Part shown: positions 18,465 through 28,258 of the stretch, piece after piece
How the letters are laid out: every line of letters begins with the position of its first letter
Numbering within the stretch: position 1 is the stretch's first letter
Source: Candidatus Latescibacterota bacterium
GTDB lineage: Bacteria > Latescibacterota > UBA2968 > UBA8231
Direction of reading: 5' to 3'
Length of the DNA: 64,000 nucleotides
Assembly (NCBI GenBank): GCA_965205655.1
Contig: CBDBIJ010000042.1
Coordinates: forward strand, 5,269-69,268
Notes under the pieces: generated by a model
What the model saw: only the letters and a program-made list of their open reading frames with translations
What the model was told of the DNA's origin: nothing
The model's database searches: none
Translations under genes and position numbers: made by a program

Positions 18465-19622
18465 CTACTGCAGGAGAGAGAGGATACGCTCGATATCGGT
18501 ATCCGCCTCGGCGGCGATGCTCGTCGCCACCTGCGACAGGATTTGGGAGCGGGACATCGCCGTAACCGCTTTCGCCACGTCCAACTCGCGGATTGCCGAT
18601 TCCGTACTTCTCATTCGCTCGAGCACGTTGGCGCTGGTTTCGATCGTCAGCTGCAGCCGGTTCTGAAATGCACCGATCCTGTTGCGCTCCTCTATGACCT
18701 GGCGCTGAACGTGGTTGAGGCGCGTGAGCGCTCGCTGCGCGTCCGCCACTGTGATGACGGACAGTTCACTCAGATTGAGCGTCGGACCGGAGGCTCGCAT
18801 GTCGGCGATCGCGATCCGGCTGACGTCGTTGCTCGTCTCGGCCGGTCCGAACTGGAAGGTGAAATCCTCCTTCCCCTCGATGATGATGTTCTTGTCGTTC
18901 AGATCGCCGCTGGAATACTGCCCTCGACCGGTGGCCTCACCACCGGAAATTGTCACCTCAAGGCCGAGCTCACCGAATCTGAGAACCTCGAAGCTGCCCG
19001 CTGCCAGTGCGGCGGTGTCCTCTACCAGGGTCTCAACTGCCACGGTCTGCGAGATCTCGCCGTTTCCGAGCGTGACGGTGCCGTCACCGCCGTCGGTGAA
19101 TGTGTAGGTTCCAGGAGCAGCCCCGGTGACTCGGATCCGCGTCACCCCGGTCTCCACCGTATCGGCCACCGCTGTCGAGCCACTGTCGACGATGGCGATG
19201 AACCCGGTGAGCAGGTGCTTGCCGTTGTAGGTTGTGGCGCCGGCGATGCGGTCGATCTCCTGTTTGAGTTGGGCTATCTCCGAATTGATGGTCCGTCGGT
19301 CTTGATCGTTGAAGACGTTCGAGGCGGCTTCCATGGCCAGACTCTGCATGCGCCGTACCATGTCGCCTATTCCGCTCAGGGAACCGTCGGCCACCTGCAG
19401 CAGCGAAAAAGTCTGCTGAATGTTCCGGGTCCCTTCCGTGATGGCGCGAACCTCGGCGTTGATCCCGTCCGCCAGGGCGAGACTTGCAGGGTCGTCGCTT
19501 GGGCGCTCCACCCGCTGACCCGAAGACAGATGCCGGATCTGCTTCGAGGCGTCAGCGTGGTGAACGGCGAGATCGCGGTGGATGTACTTGAGCTGAACAT
19601 TGTGATTGAGACGGGCGGGCAT
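18465..19622 (-). CDS. fliC: Flagellin
   Basis: N-terminal D0/D1 (HLSSGQRVERPSDDPASLALADGINAEVRAITEGTRNIQQTFSLLQVADGSL). C-terminal D1/D0 (IGAFQNRLQLTIETSANVLERMRSTESAIRELDVAKAVTAMSRSQILSQ...ILSLLQ). FQFGPAE motif. Confidence 0.85.
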   Translation of the reverse strand: MPARLNHNVQLKYIHRDLAVHHADASKQIRHLSSGQRVERPSDDPASLALADGINAEVRAITEGTRNIQQTFSLLQVADGSLSGIGDMVRRMQSLAMEAASNVFNDQDRRTINSEIAQLKQEIDRIAGATTYNGKHLLTGFIAIVDSGSTAVADTVETGVTRIRVTGAAPGTYTFTDGGDGTVTLGNGEISQTVAVETLVEDTAALAAGSFEVLRFGELGLEVTISGGEATGRGQYSSGDLNDKNIIIEGKEDFTFQFGPAETSNDVSRIAIADMRASGPTLNLSELSVITVADAQRALTRLNHVQRQVIEERNRIGAFQNRLQLTIETSANVLERMRSTESAIRELDVAKAVTAMSRSQILSQVATSIAAEADTDIERILSLLQ

Positions 19623-19853
19623 AGTCTTCTACTTCCTCGAGGAATCTGCGGCCGGATTGGTCCGCCCCTGCCCGAGCAAAGGCTATACCACCTCTCTAGG
19701 ATCGTGCGATCTGACCCTCGAGGTCAGTTAATCTGCTTTAATTTCAACTAGTTATGAAGATCGGCCCTGATGCGGACGTGCAGCCGTGAAGACGGAAGGC
19801 GCGGGAGTATTTTCTGGACCGGAAGAAATGGAGTGAAGCGGGGGGAAAGATGC

Positions 19854-20342
19854 TCAGGTCTGAGCGACCTGAGCTTTTTCCGATCGCGGGCCATCCGCGA
19901 GCTGGGTCGCCTCTTCGAGGGCGCGCTGTTGACTGTCCATATGCAGGACGGCGGCCTCGCGCTTTTGCGGCTCTTTCACCTCGTCGGCGGTCTCCATAGC
20001 GCAGCTGCCGTGGAAGACAGCTCCCTCAGAGACCGACAGGGCGCCGGTGTACACATCGCCGATAAAGCGGGCTTGACTGTCCAATCTGACCTTCTCGGCA
20101 CGTACCGTGCCACGGACAATACCGTTGATGTAAATGTCTTTTCCCTCGAGGTGGGCATAGGCCTCTCCGGACTGGCTTATCGTCAGTGCCCCCGAACAGG
20201 ACAGTTCACCCTTGAAGGTGCCATCTATGCGCACGCTGTTGTCCACCTTCATCGTCCCCTCGAATATTGTCGCTCGCCCGATAATGGTGTTGAGGGTCTG
20301 TCCACCGCTGTTTACCGCACCGTTTTCCCGTTTGCCGAGCAT
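19854..20342 (-). CDS. Bactofilin (polymer-forming cytoskeletal protein)
   Basis: Beta-helical repeat pattern IIGRATIFEGTMKVDNSVRIDGTFKGELSCSGALTISQSGEAYAHLEGKDIYINGIVRGTVRAEKVRLDSQARFIGDVYTGALSVSEGAVFHG, typical of the DUF583/bactofilin family. Confidence 0.8.
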   Translation of the reverse strand: MLGKRENGAVNSGGQTLNTIIGRATIFEGTMKVDNSVRIDGTFKGELSCSGALTISQSGEAYAHLEGKDIYINGIVRGTVRAEKVRLDSQARFIGDVYTGALSVSEGAVFHGSCAMETADEVKEPQKREAAVLHMDSQQRALEEATQLADGPRSEKAQVAQT

Positions 20343-20438
20343 CGCGTTTTCGCCTTATCTCTTTGTGATAGTAAGCCGTGGTAAATCCATAGGTTACGAA
20401 AACCACTCAATATACCTTCTCGACCTGGGGCACGCAAC

Positions 20439-20477
20439 AAAAAAGGTGGTCAGGAGCTGTTTTCTGACCCTTCCACC
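20439..20477 (-). terminator. Intrinsic terminator downstream of the 2PGK-like gene
   Basis: The minus strand reads GGTGGAAGGGTCAGaaaacagctcCTGACCACC followed by TTTTTT. It is located 15 nt after the stop at 20492. Confidence 0.65.
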
Positions 20478-20491
20478 GATGCGCTGCCGCG

Positions 20492-21682
20492 TCACTTCTT
20501 TCCTTTCTTTTTTCTCTTCCCTTTGTCGTCAGCTGCCAGCGCCTTCTTGACTTCTTCTTCCTCCTGGAGCTGCTCGACGAGGACCATCACGGCGGCACTC
20601 GTGGCATCCTCGACAGCGGTCGTGTCGATCACTGGGATATTCTCCTCCACACTGCGCTCCACGATGTGCTCCTGGATCGTGAGAATGCCATCCATATTCG
20701 AGAGGTACTGGTGGGCCGGGCGATTTGGAGCTTCAGCTTCCCGCTTTGTGAAGCGGCCCTCCAGATCCTCCCGGTCGCTGACCACCAGGCTCAGGGAAGA
20801 CACGAACGCCTTGTCCTCGAGAATCGAGGTGTCCCCCATTCCCGGAACCAAGTGGACGCCGTCGATGATGACGGACGTGTTCTCCTCGACGCAGCGGCTC
20901 AGGATGGCCTGGATGCCGACACCGACGATTCTGGCCTGCTCGCGAAACCCGGCGATGAGCGGATCGAGAGCCCCGTCTTCGGATGCGCGTGCGGTGGCTT
21001 CGGCCGCATAGGATGAGGTGTGGATCGTGGGCAGGAACTCGGGTGCGAGGGTGAGACGCATGATCTGGCGAATATCGTCTGTGGCTACGACTCTGGGGAT
21101 TCCCAGCAGATGGGCCAGATTGATCGCCAGGGTGGTCTTGCCGACGCCGCTCGCACCGCCGATGAGAACGACGAGGGGTTTGTCCAGGTCGTTCAACGCG
21201 CGCCACACGCTGTATCGCTCCGCGTAGGAAGGCTCGTGTCTTTCGGCCAGCAGCGCCGCGGCGAGCCCTTCGAGCTCCTCGTCGGTGATCTCACTGCGGC
21301 GCTCGGCGATCAGCTGCTCCTCGATCTTTCGCGCCACCTCGTACGCCTCCTCGGTCTGCAGCCCGGACGCCTGGAGGGAGTGCGACAGAATCTCCTTCGA
21401 AAACGGTTGCTTGCTCTTGCCCCGACGAACCGAGACTGCGGTAGGCGTCGGTTCCCAGAAGACGAGATCGCTGACGGTGCGACCGCATTGCTCTTTGAGG
21501 AGCTCGTCGATGAGCACGAGAACCTCCTCGCGGTCCACGTCCTGCCTTTGTCGCAATGCGCTGCGCACAGTGTCCGCCAGCTCGTAGGCCTCGTCGTGAT
21601 CGAAGCCGCGCTGAATGAGGTGGTGCACGAGCATTCCCCTCATGAAGGGAATGCGTTTCTTACCGTCGACGATGGTGGCCAT
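20492..21682 (-). CDS. ATP-cone + P-loop kinase, 2-phosphoglycerate-kinase-like
   Basis: N-terminal ATP-cone-like repeats (RIPFMRGMLVHHLIQRGFDHDEAYELADTV; KQPFSKEILSHSLQASGLQTEEAYEVARKIE). Walker A LIGGASGVGKTTLA. Poly-Lys tail KGKRKKKGKK. Confidence 0.6.
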   Translation of the reverse strand: MATIVDGKKRIPFMRGMLVHHLIQRGFDHDEAYELADTVRSALRQRQDVDREEVLVLIDELLKEQCGRTVSDLVFWEPTPTAVSVRRGKSKQPFSKEILSHSLQASGLQTEEAYEVARKIEEQLIAERRSEITDEELEGLAAALLAERHEPSYAERYSVWRALNDLDKPLVVLIGGASGVGKTTLAINLAHLLGIPRVVATDDIRQIMRLTLAPEFLPTIHTSSYAAEATARASEDGALDPLIAGFREQARIVGVGIQAILSRCVEENTSVIIDGVHLVPGMGDTSILEDKAFVSSLSLVVSDREDLEGRFTKREAEAPNRPAHQYLSNMDGILTIQEHIVERSVEENIPVIDTTAVEDATSAAVMVLVEQLQEEEEVKKALAADDKGKRKKKGKK

Positions 21683-21915
21683 GAGTCAGTACCGCGCGCC
21701 AGGTTCGAGGGGCCAAAAAACGCCGTAAAGGCTTGTCTTGTCTGTAAATGTACCACTTTGCTCCAATCTTGAGCAAGCGTTTGGATGTCCTGCGCGTCGT
21801 GCGCTGGGCTCGATTTGCCCAACGATCTTTGAATCGAGATATTAGCCGACACCGTGCGGTGAGTGTGTGTGTGTACGGCGAGGAGCGTTTCCCGCTACCA
21901 AAGGAGTTGATGAGC

Positions 21916-23052
21916 ATGGCTAATCCTCTTGTCGAGTTGCAGGAGTTCGGCCAGAGCGTCTGGTACGACACCATCCGTCGAGGCATGATTACTTCCGGAG
22001 AGATTGAGCGCCTCATCGTCGAAGATGGCCTCAGAGGGATGACCTCCAACCCCGCCATCTTCGAGAAGGCGATCGCCGGATCGCAGGATTACACGAACGC
22101 CCTGCGGCAGTTAGCGGGCTCTGGCCGCTCTGCAATCGAGATCTACGAGACAATCGCCATCCAGGACATACAATGGGCAGCCGACGTTCTGTGGAGGGTG
22201 TACGAAAACACCGACGGACGGGACGGTTACATCTCACTCGAAGTTTCTCCTCACCTCGCCGACGACACGAAGGCGACGGTCGACGAAGCCCTGCGACTGG
22301 CCGGAGACGTGGGGCGCAGGAATCTGATGGTGAAAGTACCCGGCACCGCCGCGGGCCTACCGGCCATCGAGCAGCTCATCGGCGAGGGCCTCAACATCAA
22401 CATCACGCTACTGTTCGCGGTGGACAACTACGTCGACGTCGCCCATGCCTACATGGCCGGTCTCGAGCAGTTCGCCTCCCGCGGGGGGAGCCTCTCCGAG
22501 GTGGCGAGTGTCGCCAGCTTCTTCGTCAGCCGCATCGACAGCATGATAGACGGCCGCATTGCACAGCGGCTCGGTGAGGTCGACAGCGCCGCTGAGCGCC
22601 TCGGCCTGCGCGGCCTGCGCGGACAAGTCGCCATCGCCAATGCCAAAATGGCCTACATGCGCTACAAGGAGCTGACTGCCTCCGAACGCTGGCAGCGGCT
22701 GGCGGCGCAGGGAGCGCAGACGCAACGCCTCCTCTGGGCCAGCACCAGCACCAAGAATCCGGACTACCGCGACGTGATGTACGTCGAGGAGCTCATCGGC
22801 TCAGACACGGTGAACACGATGCCTGAAATCACCCTCAACGGCTTCCGGGATCACGGTGTCGTGCGCACGACACTCGATGAGGGGCTCGACGAAGCCGCCG
22901 ATGTCATGGCAGCTCTGGAGGAATTGGGCATCTCCATGAAGGCGGTTACCGACCAGCTCCAGGAGGATGCAGTGAAACTGTTCGTCGAACCCTTCGACAA
23001 GCTCCTGGGTACCATCGAGGCTCAGTGCGAGGCCGTGCCGAAGCGAGCCTGA
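21916..23052 (+). CDS. tal: Transaldolase
   Basis: MANPLVELQEFGQSVWYDTIRRGMI..., ISLEVSP, and VKVPGTAAGL (Schiff-base Lys region). AAGGAG RBS at 21901-21906, 9 nt upstream of ATG 21916. An in-frame ATG at 21910 is also possible. Followed by zwf. Confidence 0.85.
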   Translation: MANPLVELQEFGQSVWYDTIRRGMITSGEIERLIVEDGLRGMTSNPAIFEKAIAGSQDYTNALRQLAGSGRSAIEIYETIAIQDIQWAADVLWRVYENTDGRDGYISLEVSPHLADDTKATVDEALRLAGDVGRRNLMVKVPGTAAGLPAIEQLIGEGLNINITLLFAVDNYVDVAHAYMAGLEQFASRGGSLSEVASVASFFVSRIDSMIDGRIAQRLGEVDSAAERLGLRGLRGQVAIANAKMAYMRYKELTASERWQRLAAQGAQTQRLLWASTSTKNPDYRDVMYVEELIGSDTVNTMPEITLNGFRDHGVVRTTLDEGLDEAADVMAALEELGISMKAVTDQLQEDAVKLFVEPFDKLLGTIEAQCEAVPKRA

Positions 23053-23082
23053 TTCGCCTCCCTTCCATGCGTCGCTGAAGCC

Positions 23083-24597
<1,515 letters not shown>

Positions 24598-24633
24598 GAC
24601 TGCTGTATCCCGGGCGCTGAGCGCCCGTTTTCT

Positions 24634-25185
24634 ATGACGACGCCAACCACAGAGCAACATGACCGAGCCGCTGGCATCCGTCTGCTGCTGATGGACGTAG
24701 ACGGTGTCTGGACCGATGGCAGCCTGTTCTACATCCCCGGACCCGACGGTGAGATCGTGGAGTTCAAGTGGTCGAACGCCCAGGATGGCATGGCCCTGCG
24801 CTGGTTCCACGGTGCCGGTTTGCAGAGCGGCATCATCAGCGGCCGGGACGCACCCGGCATCACTCACCGCGCCGAGATGCTGGGAGTGACCTACATCTAC
24901 CAGGGCCATCTGGAGAAGGTCGCCCCGTACGAAGAGATCTGCGAGGAGGCAGACGTGGAGGATCGGGAGGTAGCCTACATCGGCGACGACCTGCCCGATG
25001 CCCCGCTCATCCGGCGCGTCGGTCTGGGTGTCGCCGTAGACAACGCCAGACCGGAGGTCAAAGAGTGCGCCGATTACGTGACGGCGGCGGCCGGAGGGTC
25101 AGGTGCGATTCGGGAGGTTGTCGAGCTGATCCTCTCTGCCCGGGGCATCTGGCGGGAAATCCTCGACCGCTATGACGTTCTGTAG
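24634..25185 (+). CDS. kdsC: HAD-IIIA phosphatase, KdsC-type (3-deoxy-D-manno-octulosonate-8-phosphate phosphatase)
   Basis: LLLMDVDGVWTDG (DxD nucleophile motif), GDDLPD, and C-terminal GGSGAIREVVELIL. Confidence 0.7.
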   Translation: MTTPTTEQHDRAAGIRLLLMDVDGVWTDGSLFYIPGPDGEIVEFKWSNAQDGMALRWFHGAGLQSGIISGRDAPGITHRAEMLGVTYIYQGHLEKVAPYEEICEEADVEDREVAYIGDDLPDAPLIRRVGLGVAVDNARPEVKECADYVTAAAGGSGAIREVVELILSARGIWREILDRYDVL

Positions 25186-25227
25186 CGACCGCCACGAACT
25201 TCTGTAGCGTCGGTTTAGCTCCACGGG

Positions 25228-26603
25228 GAGCTATAATCAGAAGGTGTGGAAATAGACAGACGGCGATCCTACCCTTCCTTTGTAATTAGCCATCACAAAC
25301 GCCGGGGCTATCCCGGCAGGAAGAGGAGAATCGCCATGGCACAACCTAAGCCGAGCACGACGGAAATGTCCATGCCCACGTTCGAAACGCTGGAAGAGTG
25401 GACACGCTCGCAGATTCAGTCGCTGATGCAGTCGGTTCTGGATGAAGAAGTCACCCATGCGCTGGGACGGTCACGGTACGAGCGACAGGCACCGTTGGAC
25501 GCAGCCGGCGGCTACCGCAATGGGTACGGGAAGCGGCGGCGACTGTCCTTGACCTCGGGCACGATCGAGGTGAAACGCCCTCGGGTGCGGGGTCTGGAAG
25601 AGCGATTTGAGAGTGCGGTACTGCCGCTGTTCGCCCGGCGCACCCAAGAAACAGGTCAGCTGCTGCCAGAGCTTTACCTGCACGGTTTGTCTCAGGGCGA
25701 CTTCGAGCTGGCGCTGCGCGGCCTGCTGGGCAAGGGAGCGCCTTTGTCGGCGTCCTCGATCGCTCGTTTGCGTGAGAAGTGGATCGTCGAATACAACGCC
25801 TGGCGCAGCCGACGACTGGATGACCGCGAGCTCGTCTACGCCTGGGCGGACGGGATCTACGTCAAAGCCGGTCTTGAGAAGCAAAAAGCCGCTCTCCTGG
25901 TGGTCATCGGCGCGATGAGCGATGGGCGCAAAGAAGTCCTGACGATTGTCCCGGGCTATCGCGAATCGACAGAGTCGTGGGCGGGCGTACTGCGCGATCT
26001 GCGTGACCGCGGACTGAGCGTGGCGAAGTTGTTGGTGGCGGATGGGCACCTGGGTATCTGGGCGGCCCTGGCAGAGGTCTGGCCGGAGACGGCTGAACAG
26101 CGATGCTGGAATCACCGCATCCTGAACGTGCTGGATAAGCTGCCAAAACGCGTGCAGGTCGAAGGGCGGCACCTGCTGACACAGATCCCGTACGCGCCGA
26201 CCCGTCAGGAAGCGACGAAACGTCGCGATCAATTCGCCAAACGGTTTCGCCGCGAGTGTCCAGACGCCGTCGATATCCTTGAGCGCGATTGGGACCGTAT
26301 GGTGACATTCTACGACTTTCCCGAGGCCCACTGGCAACACCTGCGCACCACCAACGTCGTCGAAAGTCCCTTCGCTTCGGTACGGTTGCGAACCAATGCG
26401 GCCAAACGATACAGGAAGGTGGCCAATGCCACCGCCCTCATTTGGCGGGTACTGATGGTGGCCGAGAAACGATTCCGGCGACTCAATGCACCGCATCTCA
26501 TGGCTGACGTCTACGCCGGGGAGTGCTACGAAAACGGATCACCCATCGCGCAAAGGAAGAAGATCGCCGCCTGAGTCGTTTACACACCATTTGACCCTAG
26601 CTC
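25228..26603 (+). mobile_element. IS256-family insertion sequence (copy 1), 1376 bp, with 8-bp target-site duplication
   Basis: Imperfect terminal IRs: gagctataatcagaaggtgtggaaat versus the reverse complement of the right end, gagctagggtcaaatggtgtgtaaac (19/26). Flanked by a perfect direct repeat TCCACGGG (25220-25227 and 26604-26611). Confidence 0.8.
25336..26574 (+). CDS. IS256/Mutator-family transposase
   Basis: Typical Transposase_mut features (YRNGYGKRRRLSLTSGTIEVKRPRVR; VADGHLGIWAALAEVWP...QRCWNHRILNVLDKLP; TTNVVESPFASVR). AAGAGGAG RBS 8 nt upstream of ATG 25336. Confidence 0.9.
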   Translation: MAQPKPSTTEMSMPTFETLEEWTRSQIQSLMQSVLDEEVTHALGRSRYERQAPLDAAGGYRNGYGKRRRLSLTSGTIEVKRPRVRGLEERFESAVLPLFARRTQETGQLLPELYLHGLSQGDFELALRGLLGKGAPLSASSIARLREKWIVEYNAWRSRRLDDRELVYAWADGIYVKAGLEKQKAALLVVIGAMSDGRKEVLTIVPGYRESTESWAGVLRDLRDRGLSVAKLLVADGHLGIWAALAEVWPETAEQRCWNHRILNVLDKLPKRVQVEGRHLLTQIPYAPTRQEATKRRDQFAKRFRRECPDAVDILERDWDRMVTFYDFPEAHWQHLRTTNVVESPFASVRLRTNAAKRYRKVANATALIWRVLMVAEKRFRRLNAPHLMADVYAGECYENGSPIAQRKKIAA

Positions 26604-26871
26604 TCCACGGGTCGAACCACCGTCTTTGTGGCGGCTCCCGCGTGCCAATCTGGCAGCGGCACTCTGAAAGAAATTGTGCTTAGCGTTGCGCTATTTTTGT
26701 GTATATTCTTGTGCCGAAGACAGTTAGCCCCTACTCCCCAGGAGGCTCTTCTGAAGTCTTCAGAGCGGCACCTCGTCCCCTTCGTGGTGCTCATAGCCCT
26801 CACGTGGGCTTTCATACGGCTTGGCATGGAGGTGTTCGCCCGCTAGCGGTCTGAGACGCCTTGGGCGAGAA

Positions 26872-28155
26872 TCAATCGTAGTCCAGTCCCGGGGCGGGAA
26901 ACCCATCACATAGCTCCCGTACTTCAGCGGCAATTTCCCGGTACGTCTTTCTGCGCGCCTCCAGGTCGAGCTTGTCGTCAGACCTGACGGCGGCGACGCG
27001 TGTCATCCATTCGGCAATCTGGTCCATCTCCGACACCCCGAACCCCCTGCTCGTGACAGCCGGTGTGCCGATCCGAATGCCGCTGGGACGCACCGCCGAA
27101 CCCCTGTCACCTGGAATCAGGTTCTTGTTGCAGACTATTCCCGCCGCGTCCAGGGCCTTGGCCATCTGCTGGCCGGTCAATCCCTTGCTCGTCACGTCTA
27201 TGAGAATGAGGTGATTGTCAGTCCCTCCTGAGACGAGCGCGAACCCTCTGTTCGACAGCGACTCAGCCAGTGACCGGGCGTTGTCGACGATGGCCCCGGC
27301 ATAGACCTTGAACGCCTCTGTCTGAGCTTCTTGCAAGGCGACGGCGATGGCTGCGGTCGTGTGGTTGTGCGGCCCCCCCTGGAGGCCCGGGAAAACCGCT
27401 TTGTCGATCGCCTCGGCGAACTGGTTCCGGCACATGATCATACCGCCGCGAGGGCCGCGCAGCGATTTGTGCGTCGTCGTCGTCACGATGTCCATATGCG
27501 GTACCGGGCTGGGGTGTGCACCTCCCGCCACCAGTCCGGCGATGTGGGCGATGTCGGCGATGACCACAGCGCCCACTCCGTGCCCGATGCGGGCGAAGCG
27601 CTCGAAGTCGATGACGCGCGGATACGCCGTGGCACCGCAGAACAGGAGTCTCGGCCTGTGCTCTGCGGCAGCCGCCTCGATCTCGTCGTAGTTGAACCTG
27701 CCGCTTTCGGAATCGACGCCGTACTGAACCGCTCGATAGTGCAGGCCGGAGACCGAAACCGCCGCGCCATGCGTGAGGTGCCCTCCGTGATCGAGCGACA
27801 TCCCCATCACGGTATCGCCGGGCTTCACGAGGGACATGTACACCGCCTGGTTCGCCGGCGAGCCGGAGTAGGGCTGCACGTTGACGTGCTCGGCGCCGAA
27901 CAGATCGCGGGCCCGCTGCACGCACAGATCCTCGATTCGATCGATATTCTGCTGGCCCTCGTAGTAGCGAGCCGACGCGTACCCTTCCGAGTACTTGTTC
28001 GTCAGCACCGATGCTGTCGCTTCGAGCACCGCCTTGCTGGCATAATTCTCCGAGGGAATGAGCCTGATCTTCTCGTGCTGCCGGCGGTTTTCAGAGCCGA
28101 TGAGACCGGCGATCTCGGGGTCGACTTGCTGTAGAGTCTGCATGACTGGCTTCAC
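26872..28155 (-). CDS. glyA: Serine hydroxymethyltransferase
   Basis: IRLIPSENY, and TTTTHKSLRGPRGG (PLP-Lys motif). Full length, about 427 aa. Confidence 0.92.
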   Translation of the reverse strand: MKPVMQTLQQVDPEIAGLIGSENRRQHEKIRLIPSENYASKAVLEATASVLTNKYSEGYASARYYEGQQNIDRIEDLCVQRARDLFGAEHVNVQPYSGSPANQAVYMSLVKPGDTVMGMSLDHGGHLTHGAAVSVSGLHYRAVQYGVDSESGRFNYDEIEAAAAEHRPRLLFCGATAYPRVIDFERFARIGHGVGAVVIADIAHIAGLVAGGAHPSPVPHMDIVTTTTHKSLRGPRGGMIMCRNQFAEAIDKAVFPGLQGGPHNHTTAAIAVALQEAQTEAFKVYAGAIVDNARSLAESLSNRGFALVSGGTDNHLILIDVTSKGLTGQQMAKALDAAGIVCNKNLIPGDRGSAVRPSGIRIGTPAVTSRGFGVSEMDQIAEWMTRVAAVRSDDKLDLEARRKTYREIAAEVRELCDGFPAPGLDYD

Positions 28156-28258
28156 AGGCCGTCCTGTGTGTTTATCTGATGATTCGGTTCATTAATATGC
28201 CTGACGCGATCAGCGGCAGGCCGCTGCAGGGAAATCAACTTAACAGCGTGGGTCTGGC

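Noticed and set aside
19623-19853. Sigma-28 (FliA) promoter upstream of flagellin.
   Set aside because: A GCCGAT -10-like element is present (minus strand). However, the expected TAAA -35 element 15 nt upstream is absent (the sequence there is ttcacggc). Not reported as a feature.
21863-21874. (GT)6 microsatellite upstream of tal, considered as a possible phase-variation tract.
   Set aside because: It is too short and lies about 40 nt upstream of the RBS, with no obvious promoter element spacing dependence. Probably incidental.
26628-26846. 72-aa ORF next to the IS256 copy, with one hydrophobic stretch (HLVPFVVLIALTWAFIRLG).
   Set aside because: No recognisable motif and no clear RBS. It could be the remnant of a membrane protein gene or a small real gene. 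The evidence is insufficient to call it.
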